Assembly: GCA_010909165.1 (NCBI GenBank)
Contig: MU008159.1
Span: 310,001 to 374,000 of the forward strand
From: Anthoceros angustus
Lineage: Eukaryota; Plantae; Anthocerotophyta
DNA length: 64,000 nucleotides
Direction: 5' to 3'
Shown here: piece after piece, positions 46,891 to 59,000 of the stretch
Numbering within the stretch: position 1 is the stretch's first letter
Layout of the letters: every line of letters begins with the position of its first letter
Program-made: the position numbers and the translations under genes
The notes under the pieces: generated by a model
Seen by the model: only the letters and a program-made list of their open reading frames with translations
Databases searched by the model: none
Told to the model about the DNA's origin: nothing

Positions 46891-47398
46891 GGAGACTTTT
46901 GTTCCCCTTGCCGGATTGTTTTCTTTGATAGCACCCATCCATGAAGCGGTGAGACTCGGCGGTACAAAACACACACACGGAGGCATGGAAGCAGCAATTG
47001 CATGTCTTGATTTACGGAAGATGGAAGCGAGGGACTTGCATGTTGAATTTTCATTGTCATCTCAATAGTTATTACTCCCTCATTAAGCGGTTTTCCAAAA
47101 TCATATACCCTTTCGTCTTGAATGAATAGCAGAGGCCTCTCTCGTGCCCTCTTATTTGCACCAGAATGTCATGTATGGGCATTATTTCAAGGCAAATGTG
47201 TGCCCATCGAGGTTGTATATCCCTTTTCCAGCCTATGTCATGACATTATCCGGCTTCACACACAGCAATAATTTTGAAGCATTTTTGTGGAAAATGGCAG
47301 GATTAGGCGTTTCACCCATGTTCCCGCCGGGTTACCGGGTTATTCATTGAAAAAGCCGCTGCTTATTGACTTCAGTAGTGAATATTATCGTGTTTTCT

Positions 47399-48900
47399 CC
47401 TCCTCCTTGCTCTTGTAGGAAAGGCCCCCCCAGCAACGAGGTTGCCTCACCCTCAATCGGTCTGGGTGCTGGTGGAGTCGGCCTCCCATGGTCCTCCTCA
47501 AGGCAAAGGCCTTTCAAGCTTACCGGAGGTGAATGACCTCGAAGGATGCCACGCATCCTCAAGTTCCTTGCGGGGCCCTCGCTTTCCCACAAGTGCACCA
47601 AGTAGGTGCTAAGACAAGCAGGGGCCTTGGCCTTCCTCATCCACGAATTTGGCCTAAGGAGCTTCTCCTGTGATGTATGTAGGCCTCATACATAATCCCC
47701 CCAATGGCTTAGCTCCTCGAAATACTCCACAAGACTGGAGGAAGTTGGTCTTTGAAATAAGACGTCTGTAATTCACCAACCCCAACACAATCTTTGCAAA
47801 GAGCCCCACTTCAGCCTTGATACTATCCGCCTTCCATCCATTCCCATGGGCCTTCACCTCCATCCATCATATCCGAGGACCTCCCGCTGGAATTTCCGAG
47901 AGGGCAATCCTCTTCCCTCCATTTGTCCTCTCGGAGAGTACCCCGAGCTCTCCTCCTCCGGTCTCCCCACGCCGAATGCTCCGGACCGCCCAAAGAACGC
48001 GACCCCGAGCATTCCTCTCCGGCAACGCGGCAAGGGCTGCTTCCGATTGATGGAGGTTGATGTAACACTCCTCAATCAATTCCAAATTGGTGTAGGCCCA
48101 TTGGCCATACACCCATCCCAATTGGATGTTATCCTCCTCCTTGCTATAATCAACCAAATCGGGGTTGAGCTGCCCGCAAAACAAGTGAATTGGGGCATCT
48201 AGCTTCACCTCCCCTCGGCGGTAGCACCTTGCCTTCTTTCCTTTCCTCGCGAGGAGGAACCCTTAAGCGGTTCCTTCCCTTGCCTTTTCCAGCTCGAGGC
48301 ATGGGCCTTTTCACTCTCAAGCGCTTCTAAGGAGAGAATTACTCCCCAATTCCAGGTTGAGGGCTCAAGCCTCACTCCCAAACCTCCTTCCTTGTCCTTG
48401 CGTGACATCCAACCAGGCACAAGTACACGTTAGCCTAGCTTGAGCCTCCAGTGCTGCCAATTCCTCTCGCGATTCTCCTGGCAAGCGGGTGCAGCGTGGG
48501 GCTCCTTCGCTCTTTAAACCTCCACGGTCCTCGCTTTGCTCCACTCGTGCCTCCGTCTGAGCTCACTTCCACACTCCGTGGCGCGCTTCTGATTGCACTC
48601 CTTCCACACCTCCAGGATGCTAGATGCCTTCCTCTTCCTCCGCCACGCCGGTTAGGGCTTTCTCTCTTTTTCGGCGCCGTCTTCTCGTTCGCCAGTTGCG
48701 GGGCGGCGATGGCGATGTGACCCTCTTTTCCTTCTCCTTCCTTACCTCAACTCCGTCCAGTCCTTCACGAAGTGTGGGCGTTCCTTCGAAGAGAAAGTTG
48801 GCGCCAAAGCGCACTTTGCCCTCCTTGGATGGCCACGGAGGCTTCCCAACCCTAGATTGGGTTCATCATTCTAAAATACCTAATCCTAAAGCCTATTTTC
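47399..48900 (-). pseudogene. Additional 3' ORF of the Athila/Tat-like gypsy (continues at 42803-43871 and below 27424)
   Basis: Downstream of the integrase GPY motif on the same strand; fragments such as FAKIVLGLVNYRRLISKTNFL, IMYEAYI, LSTYLVHLW and later coiled-coil segments. Confidence 0.4.
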
Positions 48901-49299
48901 CTATCCTATCCGCTACCCCTAACTGGACCTTCTAATTAATCTTATTTATCTATTTCCCTATTGGTGAGCATATATAGTGGATATCCCTTTATTCTAATTT
49001 CCTTTTTCGAGACCTCGTCGGACCTACCCATGACCTTTCTTTCGACCTCTGGCGTGGTGTGGCGACCTACGGTAGTGCCGACCTACAGCCTTTCGGTTGC
49101 CCGCCTTCCACCTCTTTTGGGGTCGTTTTTGTTCTTCTCTGATATCCTCTTGCCTTCTAAAATATTCCTACAACTCCGCTTCAAGATTCTCGGAAAATTC
49201 TGGCATGCCTCTCTTCAATCGTTTAGCCAAAAAAAAAATCAAACTTGTTTCCTCTCTTTTGGGTGGTTGCCCAAACTTTTCGTTCACATACTCCCCTCC

Positions 49300-52200
49300 T
49301 CACTGTTGCGTCCTTACCAAACAGTATCTCGGGTTGAAGGTACTTAACCTTCCACCCATTCACTCAGTTGCGGTAATTCTCCGCTAATACTGAGTTACGA
49401 GATCCATTCTATCTTGCCACCACCTCATAAGGTCCCATCCATCTAAGCCTAAGCTTTCCTGGGAAGTCCAGGTACCGACTATCGTAGAGAAGAACTAAAT
49501 CCCCGGCTGCGATAGCCTCCTGCTTCCTTATTCTCCCATCATGTCGGTCTTTTCTGAGTTCTTGAATTCGCTAAGTCTCTTCTAGAGCATCTTCCCTACG
49601 TTCCTCCTGCTCTATGAAAGATTCTAACCTAGCTACCTGAGCTATCCTCTACAGTCATGCGTTCATCCTCCATGATCCTGTAGGTAGGTACTTCAAATTC
49701 CACGGGCATTACGGGCGACATACCATCGTCAGGATAATAAGGGGTCTTCTTGGTGGTTACCTTCTCCGGCGGAAGCCATGCGAATGCAATTTAACATCCC
49801 AATCATGCGTATGTGTTCATTACCTTGGTGAGGATTGTGCATAACAACCATTCGTCTTCTCGTCAACCCGTTCGCCTTGGGGTTGTAGGGGTTGTCTTTT
49901 ATGGCGGATGTTGAAGTAGGTGGTTAGGATTCAACGACGAGTTGAAATCGTCCCCGGTGGACCAACTCTAAAGGACACCCATACCTTGTTATGATGTTCT
50001 CGAACAGGAACTTCGCCACTGCGGGCGCGTCTTCCTTTCTTGTTGCTTCCGCCTCCACCATCTTCGTACAATAATCCGTAGCCACCAAGATGTACTGCTT
50101 CCTCGTCCATTGGGTCGGTGGTTTGATTGGCCCTACGAAATCGATTCCCCACTTCTCGAATGGTGCTAGCGGGAGTATATAGGTGAGCGGCCATTGCGTC
50201 GACAATGTGATGTTCTCGACATAGGGTTGTCTCAGAACCCCATTTTATTAACCATCCAGTACATGTCTCATTTCACTGCTTTTCGGTGATTTGCGAACCC
50301 ACCCATGCATCCGAGCCCAAAAGAAGACCTAATGTGCGTCCACATATGGACACACCTTTGTACCAAGTGGTAGGATGGTAGGCGCCTTATGCTCCAAAGG
50401 CTGAGTGCGACGTCGCACTTATACTCCAAAGAGGTGCAATACACGGGTTTGGAGAGGGTTGCGTCAATACTTGTGTAGGCAAGCACTTTCGTTCAAGTTG
50501 CACACACTTGCCACCGCACCAACACTCACATCAATTCTCTTTTCAAACCCCGTGATTGAGCAATCCTGGCGGGCATACCTCGACTGGCCCCTCCGTGTCG
50601 AGATAAGCGCACTTAGATCTGCATTGGGCCCCCCTGAGAATTGGACAAGGTAAAGGATGGTGAGGCCTCCTCAACCGTTCTTGATCAAACTCTTGAGCTT
50701 ACATTTCTTCTTGTCAAGTCCACGCTTTCAACCTTAATCTATCCATGGGTGGCACATGGAGCAAGTCGATCTTAAATTCAAAATCTCTGGCGAGCTTGGC
50801 TATAGTTCGTCTCGAACACCTAGTCAGCCGTAGTGGGCGCCACAAAGGTATAGACAGTCCTCCTTCGAGCCTCACCGAAATACTCACCCATTTGGTCAAA
50901 ACCCCGGGCGACCAGCCCTCTTTCTTCGACATACCGGCTCACTAGGGCTCGCAGTGGGCAGATGCTCTTATACTTGTGTTCGATACATCCGATGTGCTTT
51001 CATTACTCAAGGACAAATCATCTATTCTATTTATTTTCTTGCTTCTCTACAAAACATTGTGAAACATTGTCGCCTTCAAAAGGTTGGCCATTAGAAACCA
51101 CCATCATACATGTCTAATTTTGGAAAATGTAGCTCATCTAGAAACCAAGGCCTATGCATCTATGCGCATCAAACTCGAATGAGCGACATTTGGCGCACCA
51201 ATCAAAGAGATCCAGCAAGTCACTAAGGGCACATAGAGTAAGGCCAAAAGGTTTTACATGTTGTATACAAAGCGAATGTGGAATATAACATCAACCAACA
51301 AATGATTTTCAAAATAATATTCATGACTTTACGCCTAGATACCGGATGATTTACAAATTTTTCAAACCACTAAAATCAACACTCCATCCTAGTATTGATA
51401 CGCCTCTAGGTTGCTTAACAAAGGAGTTGTTACAAAGTTTTCAAAGCGCCAAAACAAGCCATCCTAGCTAATACCCAAGAGTAACAAGTTCTCAAAGCAC
51501 CAAGCAACCCCATCCTAGTACTAATCGACCCAAGAGTCCTTCTAAAGTCAAGCACCCCATCCTGTAATTGACCCAAGAGTGCTTAACCTGGAGTTCTACC
51601 ATTGAGTCTATCTCGATCCCTCGAGTTCATAGTGTCTATTAAAGACAAGAATACAAAATATATATATTTACGGACGTCCTCGATCCACTCCACCATTTCC
51701 ATCTCTGGACGCCCACAAGATTGGGGTCTCTAAAATGCGCCGGACGTCCGGCGCAGTTTTAGCAGACTCGCGCCAATGTGCCGAACGTCCGCGATTGCTC
51801 CAATTCCTTCTATGTTTTCACTCTAACAATGGAGATCCTGGTTGTGTACTCAGTGCACCGACGCCAGCTACTTTTAGAGTCGTAGTTTGGTCCTCTCGAG
51901 ATGGCCATGATCGCTATCGGTTAATGTTCTTCACAATTGCGCCGGACGTCCGGCCAGCTTGTTTTCTTGCGAATTGCTACTTTTATGTGTTGGCGGACGT
52001 CCCCAGCTTGGCTTGCTGGACTAATTTTGTTTGGTTTTGCCTACTGCTCACCCCGCTAGGAAGTACTATCGCTCATGAAGAGGTGTTTAGGATTCCTAGC
52101 ACCGTTAAAATCCTTGAAATCCCTTCCTTGTGAAGGTGAAATCATGAACCTTCTTCGGCTTAAACCTCATAGCGTAAGTATTCACGAGAAAATAACATGG

Positions 52201-52634
52201 TCAATGTCTTTCAAGACATGTCTAAAGAGTGGTTTTGCTAAAGATGATGCATTTTGGCCTGCCGGGGTCATTTTGGTCTTTAGGGACCCAAACCCCTTTA
52301 ATGGAGAATAACCCCATATCGAGAGCCGCTTTGTAGGTCGCCCAACCCTCTGACACGCATCACACCTCCGAGTGAACTCCCACACATCCTTGTGCATTGT
52401 AGCCCACCAGAACCCTGCATTCAAAATCTTCTTTGCGGTCACCTGTACCGAATAGTGGCCGCCGGCCTCTTCTGCATGTAATGCCTCAGTGACGAGTGCT
52501 GCCTCTCCAGCCTCGAGACACCGTCGGATCTTCTCGTCCGGCCCAAGCTTGTATAGGATGCCTTCCCTTACGCAATAGGGCGCGGCTTTATGGAGAAAAA
52601 CAGCCTGCCCTTCACTAGACAAACCATCGGGCAT
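49300..52634 (-). pseudogene. Non-chromoviral (Athila/Tat-like) gypsy integrase, split by a 2.1-kb insertion
   Basis: 52182-52634: LHAEEAGGHY..KKILNAGFWWATMHKDV..CDACQRVG; 49924-50205: PFEKWGIDFVGPIKPP..YILVATDYCTK; ~49400-49500: GKLRLRWMGPY. Confidence 0.9.
50206..52316. mobile_element. Solo-LTR-like insertion in the gypsy integrase
   Basis: TGTGATG...AACCCCA (TG...CA); the integrase rejoins across it as KRLS-TQWPL; TSD ambiguous (TCGA occurs near both ends). Confidence 0.5.
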
Positions 52635-53079
52635 GATACCCTCGCCGAAAATTTGCGTGCCTCATCACAGAGATACCTTGGGCGAACGCCTCACGTTCTA
52701 ATCTCCGTCCAAAGCTTACCTCGTCGCCTCCACGCTAATGCTTCCAGTAGCCCCAAGTGGCGTGGATCCATTCAAAATCCACTTTCTCCTCGCCGCTGCA
52801 AGTTTCTCACCACGCCCATTTGCATGCTCCTCTCGACAACGCTCGAGTTCTCCCATTCTGGTCCGACCTCGTGTCTAGGTCCACTGGTTACTCCATAGCG
52901 ACCTCCTCGCCTTCCGGCCCCCATGGCCACTCCCTAGTGATTTCCCATGAATCCATCTCCTTCTCCTGCGGGTTTCCTTCGGTGATCATGGGATGAAGCT
53001 CCTTCCCTCCACCAGCGTGGCTCCACTTGCAGCCCTCCCCGAGCTCACCCTTGAGGAGCATTCAGCCTCCTCCTCGCGC

Positions 53080-56000
53080 CCAAAGTTACACTAAATCGCA
53101 TGCCACACCTACTTACATTCATGGAAAATATCACCAATGGCAAAAATCAATGGACTTGATGTTATTCACTCACCCACATCGAGCTCTCAAGATTTCGAGA
53201 TCCGTGTATGCACCTTGGAATCTCTCGCTTGAGTAACTCCTAATACAAACATCAACTGTCCTGATTGCCTCTGAGTTCTTGTAGGCCGCTCACCGCCATA
53301 CCATTAATGCACCACACCTTGAGGAGATGCGCCGGTGTCGCCGAGGCGCCCCCCTTCTGCGTTAATGGTTTTGTTCTTAGCTCTTGACTTTTCGCAGACG
53401 CACCATTTCATGTACACCATGCATCATGCAACATGCGATCAACATACACTAGCATCTCTACAGATCTATACTATCACTATATGGTCGCTATATAACACGA
53501 TACCATAATTATACTTCGGTCGCTATCTCGGTTGCTACATGACCATACGTACATACATCTTATTGTGTGTATCACATGCCTATGCATACACATTCCACAC
53601 ACATGCATTCCTAAGTTCCTAAGGCACATTCTCCGCCTGCTTGTGTGCTATGACAATCCACGCCACATGCATAGTCATGGTACCTAAACTACCAGTATAC
53701 ACATCAAAGTTGGCATGAGCCAAAGTTACGCTAAACCGCATGCCACGCCACCACTTCACATTCATGGAAAATATCGAGCCTGAATGGCCCCCGCCAAAGT
53801 TGAGGTACATGCTTGTCAAAAGCAGGAGCACCACTTTGGGCACTCATGGGCACACAATCATGAAAGCTAATCACCGATTGCTTATCCAACGGCAATAAAA
53901 GGTACCTAACACGGTCTGCAAGGTTGAGCCGATTTTCATATGCATGGCTCTCCTCATCTTCGGATTATGGCTCTGTTTGACTTGTCGAGGCAATGAATGT
54001 GCGGTGGCGGCTTGTTATCATCACTACTCTGAGTCCGAAACTATATATCTCACAGACGTTCGCACCATAGGTTGAGAGGTAGTCAGCGCATATGATCATG
54101 ACTTGCACCGCTAAAAGTACTGCGCATGGCTTTGTCGGTCCATCCGAAGTTGCCATGTCGCAGAAGTTGCGGTAGATCATAAAATGGTGAGGCCGGTAAA
54201 CACATATATACCTTTGGTAACATGAAAATGAGCAAGCCACATCCTCAAAGATTTCATGTCTAGAAATTCATGAGACCCCATATCACTAAAGTGAATGGAG
54301 GATAGTCATCAAACACGGTGCATAAACATATGGTTTTATGTTTTTGTCGCATCTTAATTCGCATAGGATGTCTAGACCCATGGGAGAGTTTTATGCCCCG
54401 CCTTTGCAACTCAAACATATCCAGGCTGATTTGTGGGATGTCACCTTGTAGAGCACTTCATGTGGCTCATGAGACTCTATATACAACAAGAACCGGGGGT
54501 CTATTTTTGCCGGATATTCTGGCGTCCTTTGATTACTTTTCTTAATTGCCATAATATATGCAGGATGTCAAGATGCACAAGAGGGCTTTTCCTCCTTTGT
54601 AAAAATAAATGCTATAAAGAAAGGTACCCCATTGCCCGCATTTGGGCATACACTTGCAAAGTTTTGCTCCTTGCTCGTGAGCATATGTTGGAACCGTGGC
54701 AATATCCATGACACCACATTGCACGCTGGATTAATTTTTTCAAACAAACTCTACCTCAAGTTGTGATGCTCCGCATGCACTTGGTATCATAGTGCATGCA
54801 CACATGCATCCATGCATTATCATGCTTTTGAAAACACGCAGTCACCGGTCCTCGACATAAAGCATGTAGGACCATTTGCACCTATCTATTTAATTAGTCC
54901 TTGGTCCTCAACAAGCAAAACCATTTGTGTCTTTGTTCTCGAGGACTTTTGTACCTTTTTCCATTTATCTTATAGTCTCTCGGACTTTAGCCAAAACAAA
55001 CAAACAAACAAACAAAACCATTTGCCATCTATTGAATTAGTCCTTGGTCCTTGGCGATACCATTTGCCATCTATTGAATTAGTCCTTGGTCCTTGAAAAG
55101 CAATACCATTTGCCATCTATTGAATTAGTCCTTGGTCCTTGAAAAGCAATACCATTTGCCATCTATTGAATTAGTCCTTGGTCGCCAAGCAATGCCATTT
55201 GCAATCTATTTAATTAGTCTTGGGTCCTTGGTCCTTGACAAACAAGACCATTTACTATTTATGTAATTCGTCCTTGGTCCTCGACAACCAAGACCAAATG
55301 ATTTGAAAAGCTATTTTTTAATAAGTCCTTGGTCTCGACATCCAAGACCATTTGCTAATGTCAAAATAACTATCTAGCTAGCTATATGCATTATACAATA
55401 CTTTAGGTAGCCATGCCATAACATTGTCTTGCTCGATTGTCTAGTGGAAGAGGTAGACGGCGAGTTCTTGCGAGATCATTCTCCAAGGAGGACCACGGCG
55501 CCACCACCACGGCATCTAGCCGTGAGGCAGGGTATACACGGAATACATTATGATGGATCCGGAGCGGCGAGGATGCGTATGTGGAGTGTGCACAAGGAGG
55601 CGAAGAGCTAGTGTTGGAGGCGAGGCGCAGTGGAGGCGCGGTGGAGCGCAGTGCAGCGCAGTGGAGGCAGCAGCGCGGTGAAGCGCCGTGGAGGAGCAAC
55701 AGGGCGCGGCGTCCGGGTGGATCCGGGAACTGGGATGGGCTGGGCAGTAGTATCAACCACTGGTCATGCTTGCTGACCCCGGATGTTGTCTCTCAATAGG
55801 CATGGGGTGGCCGGACAATTTTCCCATCCGAGTTGGCGTGGCCATCCTGCGGAGACACCCGAGATGCACCCTCAAATTAGCAATAGGAGTAGAGATCCAC
55901 TTTTGGGGGCCCATACGTCACGAGAGTTCCACATTCAAATGGGCACGTTGGGGACTCCACCCTAGGAGCCCGGCCGGCAGCTTGGGGCGCAACCCTTAGT

Positions 56001-59000
56001 AGCCCAACCCTTGGAGGCCGAACCCAGAGCCCGACTTGGAACCTAAGCCACGACTCGTGTTACATGTCTCACGAGGCCGACCCCCTATTGGCCCGCCGCA
56101 TGGAATAAGTAAAAAGCATCGCCCGAGTCTAAATGATGGAGCTAGGTGTATGCGTGGATTGCCACACTCTTGTGTGTACTCTTTTGAGAGTAATTAATTG
56201 AGCATCAAAGTGGTTAGTACATGGCCCGCTACTTGGAGGCCTAGTGTATGTTTTGTAATAATCTTGTTATTTATAAAATAAAGTTCCACTCCATAACAAA
56301 ACAACACAAAAAGTTCCTTCTATTTTATGAGATTCCTCAAGTTCCTTGGGTCCGAGTGTATTGGCGAGAACCTAAGCCACTGTGTTGCTTGCAGCGTATG
56401 ATATAAGCCGTAAGTATCTACGCTTTGAGGAGATATCATGCTATAGTTAATGCTCTAACGAGTACATTGTTGTGGGTACAATTAGCCCTTGTCGTCTTCT
56501 TTAACTCATCTTCCTAAGAAAGAAAACAATTCTGAGACTTTCTAAGCACATGGTGCGCCTGGCGGAGACCAAGAAGAGGATCGGGCGAAGGATAGGAGAA
56601 ACTCTTTATGGAGGAAAGCAAGTAAGGATTCCATACTTTGAGACAAGTGTGAGGCGAGGTCGGTTTAAAGATAGGACAAAATGTAGAACCATTTCGATAT
56701 ATTACATTAGCTTGTTCGCAAGCGGGTAATCAATTGAGGGAGAGAAGATGAAGGGATGTCGCGCCACGAGTTGCATATGTCATGGTACCTAAACTACCAG
56801 CGAAGCACATCAAAGTTGCCATGAGCCAAAGTTACACTAAATCGCATGCCGCCACCTACTTACATTCATGGAAAATATCACGCGAATGGCAAAATCAATG
56901 GACTTGATGTTATTCACTCACCCCTGGCAGCTCACAAGATTTCGAGATCTGTATATACGCACCTTGGAATCTACGCTTTGGTAACTCCTAATACAAACAT
57001 CAACAATCCGATGCCGGATTGCCTCTCAATTCTTGTAGGCCGCTACAGCCGCCATACCATTAATACACCACCACCTTGAGGAGATGCGGTGTGTCGGCGC
57101 TGGTCCTTGCGTTAATGTTTTGTTCTTAGCTCTTGACTTTGCGATGCGCACCATTTCATGTGCACCATGCATCATGCAACATGCGATCAACATACACTAG
57201 CATCTCTACGGTATCTATACTATCACTATCACTATGGTCGCTATATAACCACGATCCATAATTATCACAGTGCTACTCGGTTACATGACCATACATACAT
57301 CTTATCTGTGTGTATCACATGCCTATGCATACACATTCCACACACATGCATTCCTAAGTTCCTAAGGCACATTCTCCACTTCCTTGTGTGCTATGACAAT
57401 CACACGCGCCATACGCCATTGTCTGATGGTACCTAAACTACCAGCGAGAAGCACATCAAAGTTGCGCGCAGGCCAGTTACGCTTAAACCGCATGCCCCGG
57501 CCACCTACTTACATTCATGGAAAATATATCGAGGCACGAATGGCCCCCGCTCAAAGTTGGGCTGTACTTGTCAAAAGCAGGAGCACCACTTTGGGCACTC
57601 ATGGCGGCACAATCATGAAAGCCAATCACCGATTGCTTATCAGCGACACAATAAAGGTACCTAACACGGTCTGCGGTTAGGGTTGAGCCGATTTTCATAT
57701 GCATGGCTCTCCTCATCTTGATTGTGGCTCTGTTTGACTTGTCGAGGCAATGAGATATGTGAGGCAGAATTGGTTTAAAGATAGGACAAAATGTAGAACC
57801 ATTTCGATATATACGGTAGCTTGTTGCCGAAAGCGGGTAATCAATTGAGGGAGAGAAGATGAAGGGATGTCGCATGCATAGTCATGGTACCTAAACTACC
57901 AATGTATACATCAAAGTTGCCCATGAGCCAAAGTTACACTAAATCGCATGCCGGCCACCTACTACATTCATGGAAAATATCACCGAATGGCAAAATCAAT
58001 GGACTTGATGTTATTCACTCACCCATTGAAGCTCACAAGATTTCGAGATCTGTATGTCCGCACCTTGGAATCTCGCTTTGAGTAACTCCTAATACAAACA
58101 TCAACAACCGGCTGCCCTTGATTGCCTCAGAGGCGCCAGCCGCTCATACCATTAATGCACCGCCACCTTGAGGAGATGCGCCGCCGAGTAGCGTTAATGG
58201 TTTTGTTCTTAGCTCTTGACTTCCGCGCTTTCCATTTCATGTACACCATGCATCATGCAACATGTCGATCAACATACACTATCTCTACGATATCTATCAC
58301 TATCACTATATGGTCGCTATATAACCACGATACCATAATTATACCTGTCGCTATACTGCTCGGTTGCTACCACCACACGTACATACATTATTGTGTATCA
58401 CATGCCTATGCATACACATTCCACACACATGCATTCCTAAGTTCCTAAGGCACATTCTCACTGCTCTGCTTGTGTGCTATGACAAGCACACGCCGTACGC
58501 ATAGTCATTATGGTACCTAAACACCGAGCACATCAAAGTTGCGCATGAGCCAAAGTTCGCTAAACCGCATGCCTGCCACCTACTTACATTCATGGAAAAT
58601 ATCGCACGAATGGCCCCCGCTCAAAGTTGGGGTGTACTTGTCAAAAAGGAGCACCACTTTGGGCACTCATGGGCAGACAATCATGAAAGCCAATCACCGT
58701 TGCTTATCCAACGACAATAAAGGTACCTAACATGATCTGCGGTTAGGTTGAGCCGATTTTCATATGCATGGCTCTCCTCATCTTGATTGTGCTCTTTTGA
58801 CTGTGCAATGAATGTGCGGGGCAAAACCCGCTCATTATCATCACTACTCTCGAGTCCGAAACTATATATCTCACGGACGTGCACCATAGGTTGAGAGGTA
58901 GTCAAGCGCATATGATCATGACTTGCTCATGAAGAGTGGCTAACGCATGGCTTTGTCGGTCCATCCCAAGCTGCCATGTCGCGAGAAGTTGCGATAGATC

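Larger units (their letters stand above)
43876..47394. mobile_element. Non-autonomous TIR transposon, element 2, related to element 1
   Basis: Left end AACACGAGCAATATTCA (43876-43892); right end reverse complement AACACGATAATATTCA (47379-47394); 4-bp TSD TTCT (43872-43875, 47395-47398); no transposase motifs seen. Confidence 0.85.

Noticed and set aside
55018-55240. CRISPR-like array (also the 150-bp repeats at 46130-46890)
   Set aside because: Units are head-to-tail with no unique spacers, no cas genes, and a eukaryotic context.
56735-56800. PPT-like purine run and PBS-like TGGTACC making the 3.7-kb unit an LTR element
   Set aside because: Match to an iMet PBS is only 5-6 bases and no paired TG...CA LTRs could be delimited.
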